Assembly (NCBI GenBank): GCA_964057225.1
Contig: OZ059900.1
Span: forward strand, 16,988,001 to 17,052,000
Length of the DNA stretch: 64,000 nucleotides
Direction of reading: 5' to 3'
Source of the DNA: Auanema rhodensis
Lineage: Eukaryota; Animalia; Nematoda
Part shown: in pieces, positions 40,017 to 55,000 of the stretch
Numbering within the stretch: position 1 is the stretch's first letter
Layout: each line of letters opens with the position of its first letter
The notes under the pieces: model-generated
The model's input: the letters and a program-made list of their open reading frames with translations, nothing else
Database searches by the model: none
Told to the model about the DNA's origin: nothing
Translations under genes and position numbers: made by a program

Positions 40017-43000
40017 CTAGTTCCACTTTCACGACAAAAAAACAGGGGTTAGAAAATTAAGGAAATTAGCATATTCTGAGGGCACGCCCTTTATGGCTAA
40101 TATTGATTAAATCGATTTTTGTTCATATGAGTCGTCAAATGCAACGAATTTCAGCGTGTTACATACTAAAATGAAGCATTTCACATGCTGAACACTAGAA
40201 AAATACAAAAACACAGTATTTCCCATGAGAAATATTTTATTATGCTGGAAAACCAGTTTTTGGAAATTTCGCTGTAAACAAGGTTTTGACTTACGATTTC
40301 ATGTGTTCAAACTCATGCAATGTCAATGAAACCTAGCTCAAAATTGTTCGTACAACGTCTAGTTCCACTTTCACGACAAAAAAACAGGGGTTAGAAAATT
40401 AAGGAAATTAGCATATTCTGAGGGCACGCCCCTTATGGCTAATATTGATTAAATCGATTTTTGTTCATATGAGTCGTCAAATGCAACGAATTTCAGCGTG
40501 TTACATACTAAAATGAAGCATTTTACATGCTGAACACTAGAAAAATACAAAAACACAGTAATACCCATGAGAAATATTTTATTATGCTGGAAAACCAGTT
40601 TTTGGAAATTTCGCTGTAAACAAGGTTTTGACTTACGATTTCATGTGTTCAAACTCATGCAATGTCAATGAAACCTAGCTCAAAATTGTTCGTACAACGT
40701 CTAGTTCCACTTTCACGACAAAAAAACAGGGGTTAGAAAATTAAGGAAATTAGCATATTCTGAGGGCACGCCCCTTATGGCTAATATTGATTAAATCGAT
40801 TTTTGTTCATATGAGTCGTCAAATGCAACGAATTTCAGCGTGTTACATACTAAAATGAAGCATTTTACATGCTGAACACTAGAAAAATACAAAAACACAG
40901 TAATACCCATGAGAAATATTTTATTATGCTGGAAAACCAGTTTTTGGAAATTTCGCTGTAAACAAGGTTTTGACTTACGATTTCATGTGTTCAAACTCAT
41001 GCAATGTCAATGAAACCTAGCTCAAAATTGTTAATACAATGTCTAGTTCCACTTTCACGACAAAAAAACAGGGGTTAGAAAATTAAGGAAATTAGCATAT
41101 TCTGAGGGCACGCCCCTTATGGCTAATATTGATTAAATCGATTTTTGTTCATATGAGTCGTCAAATGCAACGAATTTCAGCGTGTTACATACTAAAATAA
41201 AGCATTTTACATGCTGAACACTAGAAAAATACAAAAACACAGTATTTCCCATGAGAAATATTTTATTATGCTGGAAAACCAGTTTTTGGAAATTTCGCTG
41301 TAAACAAGGTTTTGACTTACGATTTCATGTGTTCAAACTCATGCAATGTCAATGAAACCCAGCTCAAAATTGTTCGTACAACGTCTAGTTCCACTTTCAC
41401 GACAAAAAAACAGGGGTTAGAAAATTAAGGAAATTAGCATATTCTGAGGGCACGCCCCTTATGGCTAATATTGATTAAATCGATTTTTGTTCATATGAGT
41501 CGTCAAATGCAACGAATTTCAGCGTGTTACATACTAAAATGAAGCATTTTACATGCTGAACACTAGAAAAATACAAAAACACAGTATTTCCCATGAGAAA
41601 TATTTTATTATGCTGGAAAACCAGTTTTTGGAAATTTCGCTGTAAACAAGATTTTGACTTACGATTTCATGTGTTCAAACTCATGCAATGTCAATGAAAC
41701 CTAGCTCAAAATTGTTCGTACAACGTCTAGTTCCACTTTCACGACAAAAAAACAGGGGTTAGAAAAGTAAGGAAATTAGCATATTCTGAGGGCACGCCCC
41801 TTATGGCTAATATTGATTAAATCGATTTTTGTTCATATGAGTCGTCAAATGCAACGAATTTCAGCGTGTTACATACTAAAATGAAGCATTTTACATGCTG
41901 AACACTAGAAAAATAAAAAAACACAGTATTTCCCATGAGAAATATTTTATTATGCTGGAAAACCAGTTTTTGGAAATTTCGCTGTAAACAAGATTTTGAC
42001 TTACGATTTCATGTGTTCAAACTCATGCAATGTCAATGAAACCTAGCTCAAAATTGTTCGTACAACGTCTAGTTCCACTTTCACGACAAAAAAACAGGGG
42101 TTAGAAAATTAAGGAAATTAGCATATTCTGAGGGCACGCCCCTTATGGCTAATATTGATTAAATCGATTTTTGTTCATATGAGTCGTCAAATGCAACGAA
42201 TTTCAGCGTGTTACATACTAAAATGAAGCATTTTACATGCTGAACACTAGAAAAATACAAAAACACAGTATTTCCCATGAGAAATATTTTATTATGCTGG
42301 AAAACCAGTTTTTGAAAATTTCGCTGTAAACAAGGTTTTGACTTACGATTTCATGTGTTCAAACTCATGCAATGTCAATGAAACCTAGCTCAAAATTGTT
42401 CCTACAACGTCTAGTTCCACTTTCACGACAAAAAAACAGGGGTTAGAAAATTAAGGAAATTAGCATATTCTGAGGGCACGCCCTTTATGGCTAATATTGA
42501 TTAAATCGATTTTTGTTCATATGAGTCGTCAAATGCAACGAATTTCAGCGTGTTACATACTAAAATGAAGCATTTTACATGCTGAACACTAGAAAAATAC
42601 AAAAACACAGTATTTCCCATGAGAAATATTTTATTATGCTGGAAAACCAGTTTTTGGAAATTTCGCTGTAAACAAGGTTTTGACTTACGATTTCATGTGT
42701 TCAAACTCATGCAATGTCAATGAAACCTAGCTCAAAATTGTTCGTACAACGTCTAGTTCCACTTTCACGACAAAAAAACAGGGGTTAGAAAATTAAGGAA
42801 ATTAGCATATTCTGAGGGCACGCCCCTTATGGCTAATATTGATTAAATCGATTTTTGTTCATATGAGTCGTCAAATGCAACGAATTTCAGCGTGTTACGT
42901 ACTAAAATGAAGCATTTCACATGCTGAACACTAGAAAAATACAAAAACACAGTATTTCCCATGAGAAATATTTTATTATGCTGGAAAACCAGTTTTTGGA

Positions 43001-46000
43001 AATTTCGCTGTAAACAAGGTTTTGACTTACGATTTCATGTGTTCAAACTCATGCAATGTCAATGAAACCTAGCTCAAAATTGTTCCTACAACGTCTAGTT
43101 CCACTTTCACGACAAAAAAACAGGGGTTAGAAAATTAAGGAAATTAGCATATTCTGAGGGCACGCCCTTTATGGCTAATATTGATTAAATCGATTTTTGT
43201 TCATATGAGTCGTCAAATGCAACGAATTTCAGCGTGTTACATACTAAAATGAAGCATTTCACATGCTGAACACTAGAAAAATACAAAAACACAGTATTTC
43301 CCATGAGAAATATTTTATTATGCTGGAAAACCAGTTTTTGGAAATTTCGCTGTAAACAAGGTTTTGACTTACGATTTCATGTGTTCAAACTCATGCAATG
43401 TCAATGAAACCTAGCTCAAAATTGTTCGTACAACGTCTAGTTCCACTTTCACGACAAAAAAACAGGGGTTAGAAAATTAAGGAAATTAGCATATTCTGAG
43501 GGCACGCCCCTTATGGCTAATATTGATTAAATCGATTTTTGTTCATATGAGTCGTCAAATGCAACGAATTTCAGCGTGTTACATACTAAAATTAAGCATT
43601 TTACATGCTGAACACTAGAAAAATACAAAAACACAGTAATACCCATGAGAAATATTTTATTATGCTGGAAAACCAGTTTTTGGAAATTTCGCTGTAAACA
43701 AGGTTTTGACTTACGATTTCATGTGTTCAAACTCATGCAATGTCAATGAAACCTAGCTCAAAATTGTTCGTACAACGTCTAGTTCCACTTTCACGACAAA
43801 AAAACAGGGGTTAGAAAATTAAGGAAATTAGCATATTCTGAGGGCACGCCCCTTATGGCTAATATTGATTAAATCGATTTTTGTTCATATGAGTCGTCAA
43901 ATGCAACGAATTTCAGCGTGTTACATACTAAAATGAAGCATTTTACATGCTGAACACTAGAAAAATACAAAAACACAGTATTTCCCATGAGAAATATTTT
44001 ATTATGCTGGAAAACCAGTTTTTGGAAATTTCGCTGTAAACAAGGTTTTGACTTACGATTTCATGTGTTCAAACTCATGCAATGTCAATGAAACCTAGCT
44101 CAAAATTGTTCGTACAACGTCTAGTTCCACTTTCACGACAAAAAAACAGGGGTTAGAAAATTAAGGAAATTAGCATATTCTGAGAGCACGCCCTTTATGG
44201 CTAATATTGATTAAATCGATTTTTGTTCATATGAGTCGTCAAATGCAACGAATTTCAGCGTGTTACATACTAAAATGAAGCATTTTACATGCTGAACGCT
44301 AGAAAAATACAAAAACACAGTATTACCCATGAGAAATATTTTATTATGCTGGAAAACCAGTTTTTGGAAATTTCGCTGTAAACAAGGTTTTGACTTACGA
44401 TTTCATGTGTTCAAACTCATGCAATGTCAATGAAACCTAGCTCAAAATTGTTCCTACAACGTCTAGTTCCACTTTCACGACAAAAAAACAGGGGTTAGAA
44501 AATTAAGGAAATTAGCATATTCTGAGGGCACGCCCCTTATGGCTAATATTGATTAAATCGATTTTTGTTCATATGAGTCGTCAAATGCAACGAATTTCAG
44601 CGTGTTACATACTAAAATGAAGCATTTTGTATGCTGAACACTAGAAAAATACAAAAACATAGTGTTTCCCATGAGAAATATTTTATTATGCTGGAAAACC
44701 AGTTTTTGGAAATTTCGCTGTAAACAAGGTTTTGACTTACGATTTCATGTGTTCAAACTCATGCAATGTCAATGAAACCTAGCTCAAAATTGTTCCTACA
44801 ACGTCTAGTTCCACTTTCACGACAAAAAAACAGGGGTTAGAAAATTAAGGAAATTAGCATATTCTGAGGGCACGCCCTTTATGGCTAATATTGATTAAAT
44901 CGATTTTTGTTCATATGAGTCGTCAAATGCAACGAATTTCAGCGTGTTACATACTAAAATGAAGCATTTCACATGCTGAACACTAGAAAAATACAAAACA
45001 CAGTATTTCCCATGAGAAATATTTTATTATGCTGGAAAACCAGTTTTTGGAAATTTCGCTGTAAACAAGGTTTTGACTTACGATTTCATGTGTTCAAACT
45101 CATGCAATGTCAATGAAACCTAGCTCAAAATTGTTCGTACAACGTCTAGTTCCACTTTCACGACAAAAAAACAGGGGTTAGAAAATTAAGGAAATTAGCA
45201 TATTCTGAGGGCACGCCCCTTATGGCTAATATTGATTAAATCGATTTTTGTTCATATGAGTCGTCAAATGCAACGAATTTCAGCGTGTTACATACTAAAA
45301 TTAAGCATTTTACATGCTGAACACTAGAAAAATACAAAAACACAGTAATACCCATGAGAAATATTTTATTATGCTGGAAAACCAGTTTTTGGAAATTTCG
45401 CTGTAAACAAGGTTTTGACTTACGATTTCATGTGTTCAAACTCATGCAATGTCAATGAAACCTAGCTCAAAATTGTTCGTACAACGTCTAGTTCCACTTT
45501 CACGACAAAAAAACAGGGGTTAGAAAATTAAGGAAATTAGCATATTCTGAGGGCACGCCCCTTATGGCTAATATTGATTAAATCGATTTTTGTTCATATG
45601 AGTCGTCAAATGCAACGAATTTCAGCGTGTTACATACTAAAATGAAGCATTTTACATGCTGAACACTAGAAAAATACAAAAACACAGTATTTCCCATGAG
45701 AAATATTTTATTATGCTGGAAAACCAGTTTTTGGAAATTTCGCTGTAAACAAGGTTTTGACTTACGATTTCATGTGTTCAAACTCATGCAATGTCAATGA
45801 AACCTAGCTCAAAATTGTTCGTACAACGTCTAGTTCCACTTTCACGACAAAAAAACAGGGGTTAGAAAATTAAGGAAATTAGCATATTCTGAGAGCACGC
45901 CCTTTATGGCTAATATTGATTAAATCGATTTTTGTTCATATGAGTCGTCAAATGCAACGAATTTCAGCGTGTTACATACTAAAATGAAGCATTTTACATG

Positions 46001-49000
46001 CTGAACGCTAGAAAAATACAAAAACACAGTATTACCCATGAGAAATATTTTATTATGCTGGAAAACCAGTTTTTGGAAATTTCGCTGTAAACAAGGTTTT
46101 GACTTACGATTTCATGTGTTCAAACTCATGCAATGTCAATGAAACCTAGCTCAAAATTGTTCGTACAACGTCTAGTTCCACTTTCACGACAAAAAAACAG
46201 GGGTTAGAAAATTAAGGAAATTAGCATATTCTGAGGGCACGCCCCTTATGGCTAATATTGATTAAATCGATTTTTGTTCATATGAGTCGTCAAATGCAAC
46301 GAATTTCAGCGTGTTACATACTAAAATGAAGCATTTTACATGCTGAACACTAGAAAAATACAAAAACACAGTATTTCCCATGAGAAATATTTTATTATGC
46401 TGGAAAACCAGTTTTTGGAAATTTCGCTGTAAACAAGGTTTTGACTTACGATTTCATGTGTTCAAACTCATGCAATGTCAATGAAACCTAGCTCAAAATT
46501 GTTCGTACAACGTCTAGTTCCACTTTCACGACAAAAAAACAGGGGTTAGAAAATTAAGGAAATTAGCATATTCTGAGAGCACGCCCTTTATGGCTAATAT
46601 TGATTAAATCGATTTTTGTTCATATGAGTCGTCAAATGCAACGAATTTCAGCGTGTTACATACTAAAATGAAGCATTTTACATGCTGAACGCTAGAAAAA
46701 TACAAAAACACAGTATTACCCATGAGAAATATTTTATTATGCTGGAAAACCAGTTTTTGGAAATTTCGCTGTAAACAAGGTTTTGACTTACGATTTCATG
46801 TGTTCAAACTCATGCAATGTCAATGAAACCTAGCTCAAAATTGTTCGTACAACGTCTAGTTCCACTTTCACGACAAAAAAACAGGGGTTAGAAAATTAAG
46901 GAAATTAGCATATTCTGAGGGCACGCCCCTTATGGCTAATATTGATTAAATCGATTTTTGTTCATATGAGTCGTCAAATGCAACGAATTTCAGCGTGTTA
47001 CATACTAAAATGAAGCATTTTACATGCTGAACACTAGAAAAATACAAAAACACAGTATTTCCCATGAGAAATATTTTATTATGCTGGAAAACCAGTTTTT
47101 GGAAATTTCGCTGTAAACAAGGTTTTGACTTACGATTTCATGTGTTCAAACTCATGCAATGTCAATGAAACCTAGCTCAAAATTGTTCGTACAACGTCTA
47201 GTTCCACTTTCACGACAAAAAAACAGGGGTTAGAAAATTAAGGAAATTAGCATATTCTGAGGGCACGCCCTTTATGGCTAATATTGATTAAATCGATTTT
47301 TGTTCATATGAGTCGTCAAATGCAACGAATTTCAGCGTGTTACATACTAAAATGAAGCATTTCACATGCTGAACACTAGAAAAATACAAAAACACAGTAT
47401 TTCCCATGAGAAATATTTTATTATGCTGGAAAACCAGTTTTTGGAAATTTCGCTGTAAACAAGGTTTTGACTTACGATTTCATGTGTTCAAACTCATGCA
47501 ATGTCAATGAAACCTAGCTCAAAATTGTTCGTACAACGTCTAGTTCCACTTTCACGACAAAAAAACAGGGGTTAGAAAATTAAGGAAATTAGCATATTCT
47601 GAGGGCACGCCCCTTATGGCTAATATTGATTAAATCGATTTTTGTTCATATGAGTCGTCAAATGCAACGAATTTCAGCGTGTTACATACTAAAATGAAGC
47701 ATTTTACATGCTGAACACTAGAAAAATACAAAAACACAGTAATACCCATGAGAAATATTTTATTATGCTGGAAAACCAGTTTTTGGAAATTTCGCTGTAA
47801 ACAAGGTTTTGACTTACGATTTCATGTGTTCAAACTCATGCAATGTCAATGAAACCTAGCTCAAAATTGTTCGTACAACGTCTAGTTCCACTTTCACGAC
47901 AAAAAAACAGGGGTTAGAAAATTAAGGAAATTAGCATATTCTGAGGGCACGCCCCTTATGGCTAATATTGATTAAATCGATTTTTGTTCATATGAGTCGT
48001 CAAATGCAACGAATTTCAGCGTGTTACATACTAAAATGAAGCATTTTACATGCTGAACACTAGAAAAATACAAAAACACAGTAATACCCATGAGAAATAT
48101 TTTATTATGCTGGAAAACCAGTTTTTGGAAATTTCGCTGTAAACAAGGTTTTGACTTACGATTTCATGTGTTCAAACTCATGCAATGTCAATGAAACCTA
48201 GCTCAAAATTGTTAATACAATGTCTAGTTCCACTTTCACGACAAAAAAACAGGGGTTAGAAAATTAAGGAAATTAGCATATTCTGAGGGCACGCCCCTTA
48301 TGGCTAATATTGATTAAATCGATTTTTGTTCATATGAGTCGTCAAATGCAACGAATTTCAGCGTGTTACATACTAAAATAAAGCATTTTACATGCTGAAC
48401 ACTAGAAAAATACAAAAACACAGTATTTCCCATGAGAAATATTTTATTATGCTGGAAAACCAGTTTTTGGAAATTTCGCTGTAAACAAGGTTTTGACTTA
48501 CGATTTCATGTGTTCAAACTCATGCAATGTCAATGAAACCCAGCTCAAAATTGTTCGTACAACGTCTAGTTCCACTTTCACGACAAAAAAACAGGGGTTA
48601 GAAAATTAAGGAAATTAGCATATTCTGAGGGCACGCCCCTTATGGCTAATATTGATTAAATCGATTTTTGTTCATATGAGTCGTCAAATGCAACGAATTT
48701 CAGCGTGTTACATACTAAAATGAAGCATTTTACATGCTGAACACTAGAAAAATACAAAAACACAGTATTTCCCATGAGAAATATTTTATTATGCTGGAAA
48801 ACCAGTTTTTGGAAATTTCGCTGTAAACAAGGTTTTGACTTACGATTTCATGTGTTCAAACTCATGCAATGTCAATGAAACCTAGCTCAAAATTGTTCGT
48901 ACAACGTCTAGTTCCACTTTCACGACAAAAAAACAGGGGTTAGAAAATTAAGGAAATTAGCATATTCTGAGGGCACGCCCCTTATGGCTAATATTGATTA

Positions 49001-52000
49001 AATCGATTTTTGTTCATATGAGTCGTCAAATGCAACGAATTTCAGCGTGTTACATACTAAAATGAAGCATTTTACATGCTGAACACTAGAAAAATACAAA
49101 AACACAGTAATACCCATGAGAAATATTTTATTATGCTGGAAAACCAGTTTTTGGAAATTTCGCTGTAAACAAGGTTTTGACTTACGATTTCATGTGTTCA
49201 AACTCATGCAATGTCAATGAAACCTAGCTCAAAATTGTTCGTACAACGTCTAGTTCCACTTTCACGACAAAAAAACAGGGGTTAGAAAATTAAGGAAATT
49301 AGCATATTCTGAGGGCACGCCCCTTATGGCTAATATTGATTAAATCGATTTTTGTTCATATGAGTCGTCAAATGCAACGAATTTCAGCGTGTTACATACT
49401 AAAATGAAGCATTTTACATGCTGAACACTAGAAAAATACAAAAACACAGTAATACCCATGAGAAATATTTTATTATGCTGGAAAACCAGTTTTTGGAAAT
49501 TTCGCTGTAAACAAGGTTTTGACTTACGATTTCATGTGTTCAAACTCATGCAATGTCAATGAAACCTAGCTCAAAATTGTTAATACAATGTCTAGTTCCA
49601 CTTTCACGACAAAAAAACAGGGGTTAGAAAATTAAGGAAATTAGCATATTCTGAGGGCACGCCCCTTATGGCTAATATTGATTAAATCGATTTTTGTTCA
49701 TATGAGTCGTCAAATGCAACGAATTTCAGCGTGTTACATACTAAAATAAAGCATTTTACATGCTGAACACTAGAAAAATACAAAAACACAGTATTTCCCA
49801 TGAGAAATATTTTATTATGCTGGAAAACCAGTTTTTGGAAATTTCGCTGTAAACAAGGTTTTGACTTACGATTTCATGTGTTCAAACTCATGCAATGTCA
49901 ATGAAACCCAGCTCAAAATTGTTCGTACAACGTCTAGTTCCACTTTCACGACAAAAAAACAGGGGTTAGAAAATTAAGGAAATTAGCATATTCTGAGGGC
50001 ACGCCCCTTATGGCTAATATTGATTAAATCGATTTTTGTTCATATGAGTCGTCAAATGCAACGAATTTCAGCGTGTTACATACTAAAATGAAGCATTTTA
50101 CATGCTGAACACTAGAAAAATACAAAAACACAGTATTTCCCATGAGAAATATTTTATTATGCTGGAAAACCAGTTTTTGGAAATTTCGCTGTAAACAAGA
50201 TTTTGACTTACGATTTCATGTGTTCAAACTCATGCAATGTCAATGAAACCTAGCTCAAAATTGTTCGTACAACGTCTAGTTCCACTTTCACGACAAAAAA
50301 ACAGGGGTTAGAAAAGTAAGGAAATTAGCATATTCTGAGGGCACGCCCCTTATGGCTAATATTGATTAAATCGATTTTTGTTCATATGAGTCGTCAAATG
50401 CAACGAATTTCAGCGTGTTACATACTAAAATGAAGCATTTTACATGCTGAACACTAGAAAAATAAAAAAACACAGTATTTCCCATGAGAAATATTTTATT
50501 ATGCTGGAAAACCAGTTTTTGGAAATTTCGCTGTAAACAAGATTTTGACTTACGATTTCATGTGTTCAAACTCATGCAATGTCAATGAAACCTAGCTCAA
50601 AATTGTTCGTACAACGTCTAGTTCCACTTTCACGACAAAAAAACAGGGGTTAGAAAATTAAGGAAATTAGCATATTCTGAGGGCACGCCCCTTATGGCTA
50701 ATATTGATTAAATCGATTTTTGTTCATATGAGTCGTCAAATGCAACGAATTTCAGCGTGTTACATACTAAAATGAAGCATTTTACATGCTGAACACTAGA
50801 AAAATACAAAAACACAGTATTTCCCATGAGAAATATTTTATTATGCTGGAAAACCAGTTTTTGAAAATTTCGCTGTAAACAAGGTTTTGACTTACGATTT
50901 CATGTGTTCAAACTCATGCAATGTCAATGAAACCTAGCTCAAAATTGTTCCTACAACGTCTAGTTCCACTTTCACGACAAAAAAACAGGGGTTAGAAAAT
51001 TAAGGAAATTAGCATATTCTGAGGGCACGCCCTTTATGGCTAATATTGATTAAATCGATTTTTGTTCATATGAGTCGTCAAATGCAACGAATTTCAGCGT
51101 GTTACATACTAAAATGAAGCATTTTACATGCTGAACACTAGAAAAATACAAAAACACAGTATTTCCCATGAGAAATATTTTATTATGCTGGAAAACCAGT
51201 TTTTGGAAATTTCGCTGTAAACACGGTTTTGACTTACGATTTCATGTGTTCAAACTCATGCAATGTCAATGAAACCTAGCTCAAAATTGTTCGTACAACG
51301 TCTAGTTCCACTTTCACGACAAAAAAACAGGGGTTAGAAAATTAAGGAAATTAGCATATTCTGAGGGCACGCCCCTTATGGCTAATATTGATTAAATCGA
51401 TTTTTGTTCATATGAGTCGTCAAATGCAACGAATTTCAGCGTGTTACGTACTAAAATGAAGCATTTCACATGCTGAACACTAGAAAAATACAAAAACACA
51501 GTATTTCCCATGAGAAATATTTTATTATGCTGGAAAACCAGTTTTTGGAAATTTCGCTGTAAACAAGGTTTTGACTTACGATTTCATGTGTTCAAACTCA
51601 TGCAATGTCAATGAAACCTAGCTCAAAATTGTTCCTACAACGTCTAGTTCCACTTTCACGACAAAAAAACAGGGGTTAGAAAATTAAGGAAATTAGCATA
51701 TTCTGAGGGCACGCCCTTTATGGCTAATATTGATTAAATCGATTTTTGTTCATATGAGTCGTCAAATGCAACGAATTTCAGCGTGTTACATACTAAAATG
51801 AAGCATTTCACATGCTGAACACTAGAAAAATACAAAAACACAGTATTTCCCATGAGAAATATTTTATTATGCTGGAAAACCAGTTTTTGGAAATTTCGCT
51901 GTAAACAAGGTTTTGACTTACGATTTCATGTGTTCAAACTCATGCAATGTCAATGAAACCTAGCTCAAAATTGTTCGTACAACGTCTAGTTCCACTTTCA

Positions 52001-55000
52001 CGACAAAAAAACAGGGGTTAGAAAATTAAGGAAATTAGCATATTCTGAGGGCACGCCCCTTATGGCTAATATTGATTAAATCGATTTTTGTTCATATGAG
52101 TCGTCAAATGCAACGAATTTCAGCGTGTTACATACTAAAATTAAGCATTTTACATGCTGAACACTAGAAAAATACAAAAACACAGTAATACCCATGAGAA
52201 ATATTTTATTATGCTGGAAAACCAGTTTTTGGAAATTTCGCTGTAAACAAGGTTTTGACTTACGATTTCATGTGTTCAAACTCATGCAATGTCAATGAAA
52301 CCTAGCTCAAAATTGTTCCTACAACGTCTAGTTCCACTTTCACGACAAAAAAACAGGGGTTAGAAAATTAAGGAAATTAGCATATTCTGAGGGCACGCCC
52401 TTTATGGCTAATATTGATTAAATCGATTTTTGTTCATATGAGTCGTCAAATGCAACGAATTTCAGCGTGTTACGTACTAAAATGAAGCATTTCACATGCT
52501 GAACACTAGAAAAATACAAAAACACAGTATTTCCCATGAGAAATATTTTATTATGCTGGAAAACCAGTTTTTGGAAATTTCGCTGTAAACAAGGTTTTGA
52601 CTTACGATTTCATGTGTTCAAACTCATGCAATGTCAATGAAACCTAGCTCAAAATTGTTCCTACAACGTCTAGTTCCACTTTCACGACAAAAAAACAGGG
52701 GTTAGAAAATTAAGGAAATTAGCATATTCTGAGGGCACGCCCCTTATGGCTAATATTGATTAAATCGATTTTTGTTCATATGAGTCGTCAAATGCAACGA
52801 ATTTCAGCGTGTTACATACTAAAATGAAGCATTTTACATGCTGAACACTAGAAAAATACAAAAACACAGTATTTCCCATGAGAAATATTTTATTATGCTG
52901 GAAAACCAGTTTTTGGAAATTTCGCTGTAAACACGGTTTTGACTTACGATTTCATGTGTTCAAACTCATGCAATGTCAATGAAACCTAGCTCAAAATTGT
53001 TCGTACAACGTCTAGTTCCACTTTCACGACAAAAAAACAGGGGTTAGAAAATTAAGGAAATTAGCATATTCTGAGGGCACGCCCCTTATGGCTAATATTG
53101 ATTAAATCGATTTTTGTTCATATGAGTCGTCAAATGCAACGAATTTCAGCGTGTTACGTACTAAAATGAAGCATTTCACATGCTGAACACTAGAAAAATA
53201 CAAAAACACAGTATTTCCCATGAGAAATATTTTATTATGCTGGAAAACCAGTTTTTGGAAATTTCGCTGTAAACAAGGTTTTGACTTACGATTTCATGTG
53301 TTCAAACTCATGCAATGTCAATGAAACCTAGCTCAAAATTGTTCCTACAACGTCTAGTTCCACTTTCACGACAAAAAAACAGGGGTTAGAAAATTAAGGA
53401 AATTAGCATATTCTGAGGGCACGCCCTTTATGGCTAATATTGATTAAATCGATTTTTGTTCATATGAGTCGTCAAATGCAACGAATTTCAGCGTGTTACA
53501 TACTAAAATGAAGCATTTCACATGCTGAACACTAGAAAAATACAAAAACACAGTATTTCCCATGAGAAATATTTTATTATGCTGGAAAACCAGTTTTTGG
53601 AAATTTCGCTGTAAACAAGGTTTTGACTTACGATTTCATGTGTTCAAACTCATGCAATGTCAATGAAACCTAGCTCAAAATTGTTCGTACAACGTCTAGT
53701 TCCACTTTCACGACAAAAAAACAGGGGTTAGAAAATTAAGGAAATTAGCATATTCTGAGGGCACGCCCCTTATGGCTAATATTGATTAAATCGATTTTTG
53801 TTCATATGAGTCGTCAAATGCAACGAATTTCAGCGTGTTACATACTAAAATTAAGCATTTTACATGCTGAACACTAGAAAAATACAAAAACACAGTAATA
53901 CCCATGAGAAATATTTTATTATGCTGGAAAACCAGTTTTTGGAAATTTCGCTGTAAACAAGGTTTTGACTTACGATTTCATGTGTTCAAACTCATGCAAT
54001 GTCAATGAAACCTAGCTCAAAATTGTTCCTACAACGTCTAGTTCCACTTTCACGACAAAAAAACAGGGGTTAGAAAATTAAGGAAATTAGCATATTCTGA
54101 GGGCACGCCCTTTATGGCTAATATTGATTAAATCGATTTTTGTTCATATGAGTCGTCAAATGCAACGAATTTCAGCGTGTTACATACTAAAATGAAGCAT
54201 TTTACATGCTGAACACTAGAAAAATACAAAAACACAGTATTTCCCATGAGAAATATTTTATTATGCTGGAAAACCAGTTTTTGGAAATTTCGCTGTAAAC
54301 AAGGTTTTGACTTACGATTTCATGTGTTCAAACTCATGCAATGTCAATGAAACCTAGCTCAAAATTGTTCGTACAACGTCTAGTTCCACTTTCACGACAA
54401 AAAAACAGGGGTTAGAAAATTAAGGAAATTAGCATATTCTGAGGGCACGCCCCTTATGGCTAATATTGATTAAATCGATTTTTGTTCATATGAGTCGTCA
54501 AATGCAACGAATTTCAGCGTGTTACGTACTAAAATGAAGCATTTCACATGCTGAACACTAGAAAAATACAAAAACACAGTATTTCCCATGAGAAATATTT
54601 TATTATGCTGGAAAACCAGTTTTTGGAAATTTCGCTGTAAACAAGGTTTTGACTTACGATTTCATGTGTTCAAACTCATGCAATGTCAATGAAACCTAGC
54701 TCAAAATTGTTCCTACAACGTCTAGTTCCACTTTCACGACAAAAAAACAGGGGTTAGAAAATTAAGGAAATTAGCATATTCTGAGGGCACGCCCTTTATG
54801 GCTAATATTGATTAAATCGATTTTTGTTCATATGAGTCGTCAAATGCAACGAATTTCAGCGTGTTACATACTAAAATGAAGCATTTCACATGCTGAACAC
54901 TAGAAAAATACAAAAACACAGTATTTCCCATGAGAAATATTTTATTATGCTGGAAAACCAGTTTTTGGAAATTTCGCTGTAAACAAGGTTTTGACTTACG

